64,000 bases of DNA from an uncultured Alphaproteobacteria bacterium (lineage in GTDB: Bacteria; Pseudomonadota; Alphaproteobacteria; ATCC43930; CGMCC-115725): contig CAWEEA010000007.1 of assembly GCA_963807985.1 (NCBI GenBank), positions 178,120 through 242,119 of the forward strand, read 5' to 3'. How positions within the stretch are numbered: position 1 is the first letter of the stretch; every line of letters starts with the position of its first letter. Shown here piece after piece: positions 28,788 to 38,963 of this stretch. Below the pieces are notes generated by a model. The model ran no database searches and was not told the DNA's origin. It saw nothing but the letters and a program-made list of their open reading frames with translations. The position numbers were made by a program, and so were the translations under genes.

Positions 28788-29691
28788 ATGAACGCCCGCA
28801 AACCCGATCTGGAACCCTGGCAGTGGCCCGAGGAGGAGTGGCGCAAGCGCGTCGAGCGCGTCCGCGCCGGGCGCAGCCTGCGGCCAGCGGAGTGGCCGGG
28901 CGGAGCGCGCTGCGCGGTGGCGCTGTCGTTCGACAGCGATCACGAGACCAGCGATCTGCGCGAGGGCGGCAACTCGATCGGCCGGCTCGCCTGGGGCCAG
29001 TATGGCAGCCGGGTCGGCGTGCCGAGAATTCTGAAAGTGCTCGAAAAATACGGGGTCAAGGCCAGCTTTTACGTGCCGGCGGTGACCGCGCTTCTCCACC
29101 CGGACGAGCAGCGCCGGGTCATCGCCGAAGGCCATGAGATCGGCATCCACGGCTGGATTCACGAACTGAATTCGGTTCTGCCCTACGAGGCCGAACGTGA
29201 CCTGATGCGGCGCTCGGCCGATACCCTGGAGCAGATTTCCGGTGTCACGGCCGGTCGGCTTGCGCACCCCGTCCTGGGATTTCAGCTGGCACACCCTGGA
29301 AATCGAACAGGAGATGGGGCTCGCCTACAATTCCTCGCTGATGTCGGACGAGGATTGCTATGAGCTGCTGCTCGACGGCGTGCCGATCGGAGTCGTCGAA
29401 TTGCCGGTCGAGTGGGTGCGCGACGACGCGGTCTATTTCATGATGAACCGGTTTTCGGCGCTGCGGCCGTACACGCCGCCCGGTGACGTATTCGACATTT
29501 TCCGGCGCGAGTTCGATGCGGCCCATGCCGAGGGCGGCCTCTTTCAGCTGACGATGCATCCGCACGTCATCGGCTATCGTTCGCGCATATGGATCCTCGA
29601 CGAGATCATCCGCCATGCGAAGGCGCAAAAGGGGGTCTGGTTCGCGACCCACGCCGAGGTGGTCGATTGGGCGAAGCGTCACGCGGCTTGA
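28788..29691 (+). pseudogene. polysaccharide deacetylase (NodB-fold, PuuE-like) with a single frame break as assembled
   Basis: ORF 28788..29363 (CAVALSFDSDHET..., FYVPAVTA..., EIGIHGWIHE) continues in ORF 29242..29691 (VGLRTPSWDFSWHTLEI...LTMHPHVIG...). The switch is near 29245-29255. Confidence 0.8.
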
Positions 29692-29718
29692 CTAAGGTGT
29701 GTTCTGATCGCGGTGCGT

Positions 29719-30633
29719 ATGGCTGAGGGGGAACCACAAGCATCCACGCGCTGCGGCTATGTCGCGCTAATCGGCGCGCCCAATGCCGGCAAGTCGACCC
29801 TGCTGAACAGACTCGTCGGGCGTAAGCTGGCGATCGTCACTCCCAAGGCCCAGACGACGCGCAGCCGGCTCCTCGGCATCGCGATCGAAGGGCCGGCGCA
29901 GATCGTCTTTGTCGACACCCCCGGCATCTTTGCGCCCCGGCGGCGCCTAGACCGGGCGATGGTGTCGGCGGCCTGGTCCGGAGCCGAGGATGCCGATGAG
30001 ACCGTGCTGCTAGTCGACGCCGCGCGCGGGATCGATCGGGATACGCGGCGCATCCTCGACCGCCTGGCCGAGCGCGGCCACAAATCGGTCCTGGCGCTGA
30101 ACAAGATCGACCTCGTGCGTCGCGATACGCTGCTCGGCTTGGCTGCTACCTTATCAAAGGAAGGCCGCTTTGACCCGGTATTTATGATTTCGGGACTGAG
30201 CGGTGATGGGGTCGAGGATCTAAGGCGGCACCTTGCTGCGGCCGTGCCGCCAGGTCCGTGGCTGTTTCCCGAAGATCAATTGTCGGATGCGTCGGAACGC
30301 CTGATCGCCGCCGAGGTCACCCGCGAACAGGTCTTTCTGCAACTCCATGACGAGCTGCCCTATGCCTCAACCGTCGAGACCGAAAACTGGGAAGACCGCC
30401 GCGACGGCAGCGTGCGCATCGAGCAGGTGATCTATGTCGAGCGGCAGAGCCAGCGCGCGATCGTGCTCGGCGATCGCGGGCAACGGATCAAGGCGATCGG
30501 CGCCCGCGCCCGCGCCGAACTTGAACAGATGCTGGAGCGGCGGGTCCGCCTGTTTCTGTTCGTCAAGGTGCGCCAGAACTGGGGCGAAGACCGTGAGCGC
30601 TTCGCCGCCCTCGGCCTCGATTACGACGCCTGA
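29719..30633 (+). CDS. era: GTPase Era
   Basis: GYVALIGAPNAGKSTLLN (G1), DTPG (G3), NKID (G4) and a C-terminal KH domain. Followed by recO as in many bacteria. Confidence 0.95.
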   Translation: MAEGEPQASTRCGYVALIGAPNAGKSTLLNRLVGRKLAIVTPKAQTTRSRLLGIAIEGPAQIVFVDTPGIFAPRRRLDRAMVSAAWSGAEDADETVLLVDAARGIDRDTRRILDRLAERGHKSVLALNKIDLVRRDTLLGLAATLSKEGRFDPVFMISGLSGDGVEDLRRHLAAAVPPGPWLFPEDQLSDASERLIAAEVTREQVFLQLHDELPYASTVETENWEDRRDGSVRIEQVIYVERQSQRAIVLGDRGQRIKAIGARARAELEQMLERRVRLFLFVKVRQNWGEDRERFAALGLDYDA

Positions 30634-31376
30634 TGGAGTGGCGGGACAACGGGTTTGTCGTGGCCGTGCGCCGGCACGGCGAGAGCGCACTGATCGCGGA
30701 GCTGCTGACCCGCGAGCACGGGCGGCATCTGGGGCTGGTGCGCGGCGGGCAGTCGCCCAAGGCGCGAGCGGTATTACAGCCCGGCAACGAGGTCGCGGCG
30801 GCTTGGCGCGGGCGCCTTTCCGAGCATCTCGGCACGATCTCCTGCGAATTGGTGCGCGCACACGCCGCCCGCATGATCGACGATCCCGACCGGCTCGCCG
30901 GCCTCGCCGCGGCAACCGCGATGATTGCCGCCACCTTGCCCGAACGCGAGCCGCATGCCGATGTCTTCGCCGCGTTCGGCGCCTTGCTCGAGGCGCTCGA
31001 TTCGGCGGCCGACTGGCCGGCTCGATACGTCGGATGGGAGTGCAGCCTGCTGGCGGCGCTGGGCTTCGGCCTCGAATTGACGCGCTGCGCCGCGACCGGC
31101 GTCACGACAGACCTTGCCTATGTCTCGCCGCGCACCGGACGCGCGGTATCGCGCGATGCGGGCCGGCCCTACCACGACAAGCTATTGCCATTGCCCGATT
31201 TTTTGTGGCGGGACAGCCCCGCTGATAATGCCCAGGTCGCGCTTGGGTCGCGCCTGACCGAGCATTTTCTCGTACATCACGTCCTGTCGCCGCATGGCCG
31301 CACCCTGCCGCCGGCGCGCGCGCGCCTTGCCGAGCGCATGCGACAGCGGTCCGCCAATGCTACGATCAGCAGCTAA
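30633..31376 (+). CDS. recO: DNA repair protein RecO
   Basis: 247-aa ORF immediately after era, starting MEWRDNGFVVAVRRHGESALIAELLTREHGRHLGLVRGG (OB-fold N-terminus typical of RecO). Confidence 0.9.
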   Translation: MEWRDNGFVVAVRRHGESALIAELLTREHGRHLGLVRGGQSPKARAVLQPGNEVAAAWRGRLSEHLGTISCELVRAHAARMIDDPDRLAGLAAATAMIAATLPEREPHADVFAAFGALLEALDSAADWPARYVGWECSLLAALGFGLELTRCAATGVTTDLAYVSPRTGRAVSRDAGRPYHDKLLPLPDFLWRDSPADNAQVALGSRLTEHFLVHHVLSPHGRTLPPARARLAERMRQRSANATISS

Positions 31377-31396
31377 ACCACTGAGGTCATAGACGC

Positions 31397-33625
31397 ATGC
31401 CTGTGACGGCTCTGGCCGGCGAGATCCGCAACGTCGACTTCGCCGAGGCGCTCGGCGAGCGGTATTTGTCTTATGCGCTGTCGACGATCATGTCGCGCTC
31501 GCTGCCCGATGTGCGCGACGGGCTGAAGCCGGTGCATCGGCGGATATTGCATGCGATGCAGCAGCTGCGGCTCGACCCGGGCTCGGGCTACAAGAAATGC
31601 GCTCGCGTCGTCGGCGACGTGATCGGCAAGTTCCACCCTCATGGCGAGCTGGCGGTCTATGATGCGCTGGTCCGCCTCGCCCAAGATTTCTCGCAACGCT
31701 ACCCGTTGGTCGATGGTCAAGGGAATTTCGGCAATATCGACGGCGATAACGCCGCGGCGATGCGCTACACCGAGAGCCGGCTGTCGGCGGTGGCGCAGGC
31801 GATGCTCGACGGCATTGACGAGGACGCCGTCGATTTCCGCGCGACCTATGACGGCGAAGACCACGAGCCGATCGTTCTGCCGGCGCGGTTTCCGAACCTG
31901 CTCGCCAACGGCGCCTCGGGCATCGCCGTCGGCATGGCGACCAGCATCCCGCCGCACAATGCCGGCGAATTGTGCGCGGCGCTGTTGCAGCTGATCGACG
32001 ATCCGGCCTCGTCGATCGAGGCATTGCACGCCCACACCCCCGGCCCGGATTTTCCGACCGGCGGGGTCCTGATCGAACCCGCGGAGAATATTCGCGCGGC
32101 CTATGAGACCGGCCGCGGCAGCTTTCGCCTGCGCGCGCGCTGGGAGAAAGAGCCGCTGGGGCATGGCGCGTATCAGATCATCGTGACTGAAATGCCCTAT
32201 CAGGTGCCGAAAGGACGGCTGATCGAGAAGGTCGCGGCCTTGCTCGAAGAGAAGAAATTGCCGTTGCTCGCCGATATTCGTGACGAGTCCACTGAGGATG
32301 TCCGGCTCGTGTTCGAACCAAAGACGCGCAACGTCGAGGCGGAGATGCTGATGGAGCAGCTGTTCCGCCTGACCGAGCTCGAAGTCCGAGTGCCGCTCAA
32401 CCTCAATGTCCTCGATCCCGCCGGCGTGCCCCGGGTGATGAGTTTGAAGGAGGCGTTGCAGGCCTTTCTCGACCATCGCCGCGAGGTATTGTTGCGCCGC
32501 AGCCGCCACCGCCTGGCCGCGGTCGCTCGCCGCATCGAGATCCTGCGCGGCCAGATGGTCGTCTACCTCAATCTCGACGAGGTAATCCGCATCATCCGCG
32601 AAGCCGACGACCCCAAGGCCGAGATGATCGCGCGCTGGGAGCTGAGCGAGGTTCAGGCCGAGGCGATCCTGAACCTGCGGCTGCGCGCCTTGCGCCGGCT
32701 CGAAGAGATCGCAATCCGCAAGGAAATGGACACGCTGTCGGCCGAGGAAGCGAGGCTGACGCGGCTACTGGACAATGTGCGCGGGCAATGGCGCGCCGTC
32801 GCCAAGGAGGTTCGCGAAACCGCTGCCGAATTCGACGGCGACACCGCGCTGGGCCGGCGCCGCACCGCGCTCGCCGAAGCGCCGGCGTTGATCGAGATCC
32901 CGGCCGAGGCGCTGATCGAGCGCGAGCCGGTGACGGTGCTGTGCTCGGCCAAAGGCTGGGTGCGCGCGGTCAAGGGGCACAACATTTCGGCCGCGGAACA
33001 GAAATACAAGGAAGGCGACGCGGCGCGCTTTGCCATCACCGCCGAGACCACCGACCGGCTGATCGTGTTCGCGACCAACGGCCGCTTTTATACGATCGGC
33101 GTCGACCGATTGCCGGGTGGCCGCGGCCAGGGCGAGCCATTGCGGCTGATGGTCGAGCTGCCGAACGAGCACGACATCGTCGCGATGTTCCCCTATCGCC
33201 CCGGCATGGAATTGCTGGTCGCGGCGAGCGACGGGCGCGGCTTTGTCGTCGACGGCGAGGAGGCGGTGGCCCAGACTCGGGCCGGCAAGCAGGTGCTGAC
33301 CCCAGGCGAGGGCGCGGTCGCGCGGATCTGTTTGCGCGCCGAAGAGGGCGACGCCGTCGCCTTTCTCGGCGACAACCGCCGGATGCTGGTGGTCAAGCTC
33401 GACGACATCCCGCTGATGACGCGCGGCCGCGGCGTGATCCTGCAGCGCTACAAATCGGGCGGCCTCGCCGACGCCAAGGTGTTCCGCCTCGCCGACGGCC
33501 TATCATGGCGACAAGGCGAAAACCGCACCCGCACTGAGATCGATCTGACCCCCTGGCTCGGCGCCCGCGGCGCCGCCGGCCGCCTCGTCCCCAACGGCTT
33601 CCCCCGCTCCAACCGCTTCGGGTGA
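31397..33625 (+). CDS. parC: DNA topoisomerase IV subunit A
   Basis: 742-aa [27 protein letters not shown] (active-site Tyr region) and a C-terminal beta-pinwheel. Its size and lack of a GyrA box favour ParC. Confidence 0.9.
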   Translation: MPVTALAGEIRNVDFAEALGERYLSYALSTIMSRSLPDVRDGLKPVHRRILHAMQQLRLDPGSGYKKCARVVGDVIGKFHPHGELAVYDALVRLAQDFSQRYPLVDGQGNFGNIDGDNAAAMRYTESRLSAVAQAMLDGIDEDAVDFRATYDGEDHEPIVLPARFPNLLANGASGIAVGMATSIPPHNAGELCAALLQLIDDPASSIEALHAHTPGPDFPTGGVLIEPAENIRAAYETGRGSFRLRARWEKEPLGHGAYQIIVTEMPYQVPKGRLIEKVAALLEEKKLPLLADIRDESTEDVRLVFEPKTRNVEAEMLMEQLFRLTELEVRVPLNLNVLDPAGVPRVMSLKEALQAFLDHRREVLLRRSRHRLAAVARRIEILRGQMVVYLNLDEVIRIIREADDPKAEMIARWELSEVQAEAILNLRLRALRRLEEIAIRKEMDTLSAEEARLTRLLDNVRGQWRAVAKEVRETAAEFDGDTALGRRRTALAEAPALIEIPAEALIEREPVTVLCSAKGWVRAVKGHNISAAEQKYKEGDAARFAITAETTDRLIVFATNGRFYTIGVDRLPGGRGQGEPLRLMVELPNEHDIVAMFPYRPGMELLVAASDGRGFVVDGEEAVAQTRAGKQVLTPGEGAVARICLRAEEGDAVAFLGDNRRMLVVKLDDIPLMTRGRGVILQRYKSGGLADAKVFRLADGLSWRQGENRTRTEIDLTPWLGARGAAGRLVPNGFPRSNRFG

Positions 33626-33641
33626 ATTTCTGCGGCCGCTG

Positions 33642-34490
33642 TCAGTAGCTGGGCTTGGTCGAAAATGGCGTCAGCTGAAGCTCGTGCGTCCAGCACGACT
33701 TGTCCTGGGTGTGCAGGTACCAATAGGCCTCGGCGATCTTGACCGGGTTGATGATAAACTCGCGACGGTTCTGGTTGCGCGGCAGCTTGCGGCTTCCCGG
33801 CGAATCGATCGAACCATCGATGACAATGTTGGCCACGTGCACCCCGTGCTCGGAATAATCCTCGGTCAGCACCTGCGCCAAGGTGCGCATCAGCACCCGC
33901 GGATAGTATAGCGACTGGCCGGTCATCCGCTTCTTGCCGCGCAGCGAGCTCGAATTGTTGGAGAAGAAGAACGAGCCCCGGCCATTCTTGCGCATCGCCG
34001 GCAATACCTCCTGGGCCACGAGGAAAGGCCCTCGGGCCGAGATATGCAACCCGGTATCGAGCATCTCGACCGGCACGTATTCGAGCAGTTCCTTTTCCGG
34101 CGGCAGATCGCGGCCTTCGAGATAGCCGGCGTTGTAGATCAGCACCTCGGGGTCGCCAGCCTCGCGCCGGATCGTGGCGAATGCGGACGCGATCGAATCC
34201 TGCGAAACGAGGTCGAGTTCGACGATCATGCAGTCGCCGCCCTGCTCACGGATGGCCGCCGCCAACGATGCGGCGTTGGCCTCGTTGCGTGTCGTTAGGA
34301 CGGTAAAGAAACCCTCCTGGGCGAATTTTTGCGCGACCGCACCGCCGACGCCCCAGCGCACACCGACCTCGACGTCGCTGTCGTCGACCGGATGTCCGTG
34401 CGCCAGCACCGTATTGCGGCCGTCGGACTGCCACTTCGAGGTGGCGCCGATCACCACGGCGACTTGCTTGCCCTTCGTGTTGGTTTTCAT
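33642..34490 (-). CDS. SDR-family oxidoreductase
   Basis: 282-aa ORF with an N-terminal VAVVIGATSKWQ nucleotide-binding turn and an SDR-like core. Confidence 0.8.
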   Translation of the reverse strand: MKTNTKGKQVAVVIGATSKWQSDGRNTVLAHGHPVDDSDVEVGVRWGVGGAVAQKFAQEGFFTVLTTRNEANAASLAAAIREQGGDCMIVELDLVSQDSIASAFATIRREAGDPEVLIYNAGYLEGRDLPPEKELLEYVPVEMLDTGLHISARGPFLVAQEVLPAMRKNGRGSFFFSNNSSSLRGKKRMTGQSLYYPRVLMRTLAQVLTEDYSEHGVHVANIVIDGSIDSPGSRKLPRNQNRREFIINPVKIAEAYWYLHTQDKSCWTHELQLTPFSTKPSY

Positions 34491-34561
34491 TCTCGACCTT
34501 CCTTTTTGTGTGTAGCGTCAGTTCCGTTCCGGCGAAGGGATCCATCCCGACGGCAAGGGCG

Positions 34562-34669
34562 ATGTTCTACGTCTACATGCTCGCCAGCAAGCCCTATGGG
34601 ACGCTCTATGTCGGAACGACATCCGATCTTGCGCGGCGGATGTGGGAGCACAAGAACGAGGTCGTGCCG
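34562..34669 (+). pseudogene. 5' fragment of a GIY-YIG nuclease-family gene
   Basis: MFYVYMLASKPYGTLYVGTTSDLARRMWEHKNEVVP matches the N-terminal third of small GIY-YIG proteins (compare 40301..40639). The rest of ORF 34508..34831 is low-complexity and non-homologous. Confidence 0.6.
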
Positions 34670-34760
34670 GCGAGCCGCGGGGCGCCGCCGCTCGCGCCCT
34701 CGGATGGCGCTTCCTGCCCCAACGCGGTCCTGGCTGAAACGGGGCCGGCGCCGGCCCCGA

Positions 34761-35111
34761 TCAGCCGCGGGCGACGTAGCCGTAGGCGGCGTTGCTGCGC
34801 GCTGGCGAGCCCGACAGACAGGCCGCCTTGATCGTCGCCATTCCATCAATCTCCCAAGGCATCAGCCCGGCGTGCCGTTCGACGTTGTAGTGGCGCGCGG
34901 CGTTAAGGCTGTGCAGCTCCTTGGCCTCCGGCGGCGGCGTCCAGGGCTTCGCCGCACAGTCCGAGTAATTCCGAGTAAGCATCCGGCTATGGCAAGCGGT
35001 GCAAGGCGCCACCGGCTTCCAGCAATCGACCGCGGCAGCAGATACCCGCGGTCCGCCAGCGAGCCAGACGGCCACGCCGACGACAAAGGCGCAACCAAGG
35101 AGACGCGCCAT
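34761..35111 (-). CDS. small exported protein with a single CxxCH (haem c) motif
   Basis: ORF 34761..35162. Start is taken at MARLLGCAFVVGVAVWLAG after GGGAGGAGG. Contains one CTACH motif. Family not recognised. Confidence 0.4.
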   Translation of the reverse strand: MARLLGCAFVVGVAVWLAGGPRVSAAAVDCWKPVAPCTACHSRMLTRNYSDCAAKPWTPPPEAKELHSLNAARHYNVERHAGLMPWEIDGMATIKAACLSGSPARSNAAYGYVARG

Positions 35112-35203
35112 TCTGATCGCCTCCTCCCGGGGCCATGTTACAGGAAACCGATCGACATCCAAGCGACGACCGCGACGATCGGTGGTAAAAACAATCGGCC
35201 TGC

Positions 35204-35750
35204 CTAGAGCATGTTCCGTTTAGATTGAGGCGTATCCGGCGTCGGCGAGATATTGGGAGCACTCGTCCCCCGGGAAGTCGTCCAAGAGGCGGCCGATTGC
35301 TGCCCATAAGGACGCAATGGTTCGCTCGGCGGCCTGACGCAGCAGCGCCTTCAGCTTGGCGAAGAGCATCTCGATCGAGTTGAGGTCGGGCGAATAGGGC
35401 GGCAGGTAGAGCAGGATGGCGCCGGCCGGCTCGATCGCATCGCGGACCCGGGCGACTTTATGAGCCGGCAGATTGTCTATGATGAAGAGGTCGCCGGGCA
35501 CCAGGGTGGGGACCAGGCACCCGCCTTCGCAGGGGCAGGCGTCGGTGCGGAAGATGTGCCCGGTCATGGCGCGGTCGATGACAAAGGGCGCGGTCACCGC
35601 ATCGACGCGCAGACCCGCTACAAACGTGGTTGTTTTCCACTGTCTGTGCGGTACCCGCCCGATCAAGCGGGCACCGCGTCGGCAGCGCCCGCGCCAGCGA
35701 GCCATGTTGGTCGCTGTGCCAGTCCCGTCGGGAAACACCAGACGGCGTGG
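35204..35750 (-). mobile_element. IS630-family transposase remnant (C-terminal DDE half only)
   Basis: ORF 35220..35738 carries [14 protein letters not shown]...[12 protein letters not shown]...[24 protein letters not shown] (DDE_3 motifs). The N-terminal HTH half is missing and the fragment abuts the LysR stop. The left element end is only estimated. Confidence 0.7.
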
Positions 35751-35751
35751 A

Positions 35752-36660
35752 TCAGTGCCGCCGATCGGCTTCCTCGCGCAGCCATTGTCGGAATGCCCGC
35801 ACTTTGGGCCGTTCGAGCGCCCCTGGCGCAGTGACGATGTAGTAGGCGAACAGGTCGGGCAGCGCTAACGAGAACAGCCGCACCAGCCGGCCGGTGACGA
35901 GATCGGCGGCGGCGATCGTGCTGTGCGCCAGCACCACGCCATGGCCGGCGATCGCCGCGTCCAGCGCCAAATGCATGTTGTTGAAGCTGAGGCCGGCCGT
36001 CGCTGCGACATCCTTGACGCCGGCGGCTTTCAGCCACATCGGCCAGGTTGGCGCCAGCGGATCGCGCTCGACCGCCTGATCATGGATCAGCGCGTGGTGG
36101 CGCAAATCGTCGGGGATGCGTAGCGGCGGCCCGGCCGCGAGCAGCTGCGGGCTGCACGCCGGAAACACCTCGTTGGTAAACAGCAATTCGACGTCGAGCC
36201 CCGGGTAATGCCCAGTGCCATAGCGGATGGCGATGTCGAAATCGCCCTTGCTCAGATCGACGACCTCGTCGGTGGCAGAAATCCGTACGTCGACCTCGGC
36301 GTATTGTTCCTGGAACCGGTGCAGGCGCAGCACCAGCCATTTAGCGGCAAACGAGGGCGACGCGGTCACGGTCAGCGATCCGGTATCGTTGTGCGCCCGT
36401 AAGCGCCTGACCGAGGCCTGGATCCCGGAGAACGCCTGCGACAGCCCGGGCAATAGCACCTGCGCCGACGCAGTCAGCGCGATCGACCGGTTGAGGCGGT
36501 GAAACAGTCTGACCCCGAGGTCCTGCTCCAGGGCATGAATCTGATGGCTAATTGCGGCCGGGGTCACGAACAGCTCTTCGGCCGCTTTGCTGAAGCTCAT
36601 ATGGCGGGCGGCCGCTTCGAAAGCGCGCAGCGCGCTGAGCGGCGGCATATGGTTATTCAT
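35752..36660 (-). CDS. LysR-family transcriptional regulator (GcvA-like)
   Basis: 302-aa [43 protein letters not shown] (wHTH) plus a substrate-binding domain. Confidence 0.9.
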   Translation of the reverse strand: MNNHMPPLSALRAFEAAARHMSFSKAAEELFVTPAAISHQIHALEQDLGVRLFHRLNRSIALTASAQVLLPGLSQAFSGIQASVRRLRAHNDTGSLTVTASPSFAAKWLVLRLHRFQEQYAEVDVRISATDEVVDLSKGDFDIAIRYGTGHYPGLDVELLFTNEVFPACSPQLLAAGPPLRIPDDLRHHALIHDQAVERDPLAPTWPMWLKAAGVKDVAATAGLSFNNMHLALDAAIAGHGVVLAHSTIAAADLVTGRLVRLFSLALPDLFAYYIVTAPGALERPKVRAFRQWLREEADRRH

Positions 36661-36790
36661 CAGAGATGAGGAATTCTAATTCGGGCCTGAAAAACTCTCG
36701 TTTGTGGATCGATGCCATCGCCCGCATTTAAGCGATAGCATAGTTGTTTGCAAGCGTAGTCACGCGCGGACACGGTTTACAGGCTTTCAC

Positions 36791-37021
36791 ATGAGTGCAA
36801 TCAGGTTCGAGGATTTGGGCGGGCGTAATGCCAGGGCAGGCCGCTCTGCGCATTCCGCAGGCAATGCAGTCTCTCGGCTAATCGGGGCGTTGCGAGAATG
36901 GCGTCAGCGTTCAAAGGGTCGCGCCCAACTCGCTGCGCTCGACGACCGGATGCTCGCGGATATCGGCATCAGCCGCGCTGACTCCGAGTTTTTGGCTAAC
37001 AAGCCGTTCTGGAGGGAATGA
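36791..37021 (+). CDS. DUF1127 domain protein
   Basis: Within ORF 36704..37021, with start taken at MSAIRFED. C-terminal ...WRQRSKGRAQLAALDDRMLADIGISRADSEF is the DUF1127 signature. Confidence 0.75.
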   Translation: MSAIRFEDLGGRNARAGRSAHSAGNAVSRLIGALREWRQRSKGRAQLAALDDRMLADIGISRADSEFLANKPFWRE

Positions 37022-37151
37022 TGATGATGCGAATACATACCGACGAGCACAAATCGCCCCGCATCGGGACTTTGCGCCGGGCCGCGCGCGCCATCGGCGC
37101 GCTGTTGGCCCGGGTTCCACTGCCAGGCAGCAGGCCGGAACAGAAGCCCTG

Positions 37152-37180
37152 GGCGGAAACGTTGCGGTTTCCGCCTTTTT
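37152..37180 (+). terminator. rho-independent terminator
   Basis: GGCGGAAAC-GTTGCG-GTTTCCGCC (9-bp perfect stem, 6-nt loop) followed by TTTTT. Confidence 0.7.
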
Positions 37181-37215
37181 GAGCGACCCTTTGAAACTCC
37201 AAGGAGGATCAGGCT

Positions 37216-38043
37216 ATGAGTAATTTCGCGACCCTTCCCTATGTCGAGGCCGAGCTGAATTATCTGGCGCCGATGGCCGAGCGGCCGCGCTATTACGCCT
37301 ATGACGCCGGCGAGGTCAGCTCGAACATGACGCCCGAGCCGCACCGAGTACACATCCGTGACATGCGGCCGATCGCTGCGGAAATCGAACTCGATCGCCA
37401 GGGCTTCGCCCTGGTCGAACAGCACACAACGGTTCGCGACTTCTGGGATGATGAAGAGGTGCGCCGGGTCTATTACCCCGAGGCGGAGCGGTTTATCGCC
37501 GAGAAAACCGGCGCCAGCCGTGTTTTCATCTTCGACCACCTGCAGCGCCGCCGCGTACCGGGCGCGACCAGGCGCGCGCCGGGCGTGCCGTCGCAGCCGG
37601 CGACGCGGGTCCATGTCGACCACACCGCGCGGTCCGGCCCGCAGCGCGTGCGCGATCTGCTGCCTGACGAGGCCGAGGAATTGCTCAAAGGCCGTGTACA
37701 GGTGATCAATCTGTGGCGCCCGATCCGCGGGCCGCTGCTGGATTCCCCGCTCGCAGTGTGCGACGCGCGCACCGTCGATCCAGCCGATCTGGTGCCGTCG
37801 GATCTGGTCTATCGCGAGCGCGTCGGCGAGACCTACTCGGTTACCTATAACCCGGCCCACGAGTGGTACTACGTGCCCGAGATGCGGCGCGAACAGGCGC
37901 TTCTGCTCAAGATCGCCGACACCAAGACCGACGGGCGTGCGCGCTTCATGCCGCATACCTCGTTCACCGACCCGACGACTCCGCCCGACGCCTTCCCGCG
38001 CGAAAGCATCGAGTTGCGCACCCTCGTCTTCCACCCCAACTGA
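37216..38043 (+). CDS. CmcJ/NvfI-family oxidoreductase-like protein
   Basis: 275-aa ORF preceded by AAGGAGGA. YLAPMAERPRYYAYD...VHVDHT...VINLWRPI... recalls the CmcJ/NvfI family. Call is from memory. Confidence 0.6.
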   Translation: MSNFATLPYVEAELNYLAPMAERPRYYAYDAGEVSSNMTPEPHRVHIRDMRPIAAEIELDRQGFALVEQHTTVRDFWDDEEVRRVYYPEAERFIAEKTGASRVFIFDHLQRRRVPGATRRAPGVPSQPATRVHVDHTARSGPQRVRDLLPDEAEELLKGRVQVINLWRPIRGPLLDSPLAVCDARTVDPADLVPSDLVYRERVGETYSVTYNPAHEWYYVPEMRREQALLLKIADTKTDGRARFMPHTSFTDPTTPPDAFPRESIELRTLVFHPN

Positions 38044-38056
38044 TCAACACTGCTGA

Positions 38057-38089
38057 GCTCCGGCCCGGCCCCACGCGTCGGGCCGGAGC
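38057..38089. terminator. GC-rich hairpin between convergent genes (possible bidirectional terminator)
   Basis: GCTCCGGCCCG ... CGGGCCGGAGC (11-bp arms, 11-nt loop). No clear U-tract on either strand. Confidence 0.35.
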
Positions 38090-38128
38090 AAGTGAATGTC
38101 ATCACTGCAGGCGCCGCCGACGATATCG

Positions 38129-38930
38129 CTAACCGCCCTGCGCGATCGTATCGGACCTATTCGGATGCCGCCCTGCGCGTTGCGGCAGAACGACAACGCA
38201 GGCGATGATAAATGCAGCGATCGGCCGAAGCCAGCGGGCGGCTGAGCGCAAGCCCGCCATGGTTCAGTGGCTTATCGAGGAAGTCGCCGACGGTGGCGCC
38301 CAGCGGCCGGGTAAGGATGAAGGCCGCCCAGAACAGCAGCACTCGCGATAGGCTCGTCCAGAAAGATAGTCCGGCGATCACGGCGAGCCCCGCGGCAAAC
38401 ACAAGCGCGCCGTCGCCATAGCCGAGCCCGCCGGTATCGGCCATCCAGTCGCCGAGCGCTGTGCCAAGCGTCTGCGAGACGGTGATGGCCGCCCAATAGA
38501 ACGCTTCGACCCTCGGCGTGCTCACCGTGTTCACCGAGATGGTGCCCTCGGACCAGTACCAGAGGCCCAGCACCGCTATCAGGCTGACGAACAGCAAGGT
38601 CGAGCCGCCAGTGTAACCGATGCCGAGCGAGCGGTCGGCGAAGTCCGCCATGGTGGTGCCGAAGGTGGTGGAAGCGACGATCGTGGCCCAATACAGGCAG
38701 GGGCTGAACCTCTTCGCGAGGATCTGCGCCGTTACCAGCGCGATGAGCAGGCCGAGGAAGAGGGCGGTGCCGGCGAGATAACCCCAGTTGAAGGTCATTG
38801 TGACCGAGTCGCCGCCGGTCTCGCCCAAGGTCGTCGCTGCGATCTTGATGATCCAGAAGACGAGAGTGACTTCGGGGACCTTGCTCAGAGCCCCCGGCTC
38901 AGACCTGCCGTTCATCGCTTTGGCGCCCAC
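38129..38930 (-). pseudogene. polytopic membrane protein (COG4705-like) with a C-terminal frame break as assembled
   Basis: ORF 38157..38930 ends ...RPLASADRCIYHRLRC. A one-base shift near 38232 restores a hydrophobic helix (IAAFIIACVVVLPQRAGRHP) ending at the stop at complement 38129-38131. Confidence 0.6.
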
Positions 38931-38963
38931 GCGGTTGAAACCAGAACCCTATTTCTTTATCGA

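Noticed and set aside
28556-29294. ORFs 28556..28846 and 28632..29294 (minus) overlapping tRNA-Pro
   Set aside because: They run antisense through a well-folding tRNA and through the deacetylase gene, with no coding features.
28663-29700. tRNA-Pro as the integration site of a genomic island
   Set aside because: I found no direct repeat of the tRNA 3' end, no integrase and no compositional shift downstream. The next genes are the deacetylase, then era-recO-parC.
36710-36720. Palindrome CGATGCCATCG in the LysR / DUF1127 divergent region as a LysR box
   Set aside because: It does not fit the T-N11-A architecture, and it is short enough to arise by chance in GC-rich DNA.
36904-38034. 376-aa minus-strand ORF opposite the CmcJ/NvfI-like gene, and similar shadows opposite parC (31373..32509), the amidase (22437..23807), the Aas-like gene (5135..6313, 5458..6510, 7214..8089) and the hydrolase (17868..18980)
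   Set aside because: The composition is Arg-rich and motif-free, while the opposite strand carries well-supported genes with SD sequences and conserved motifs.
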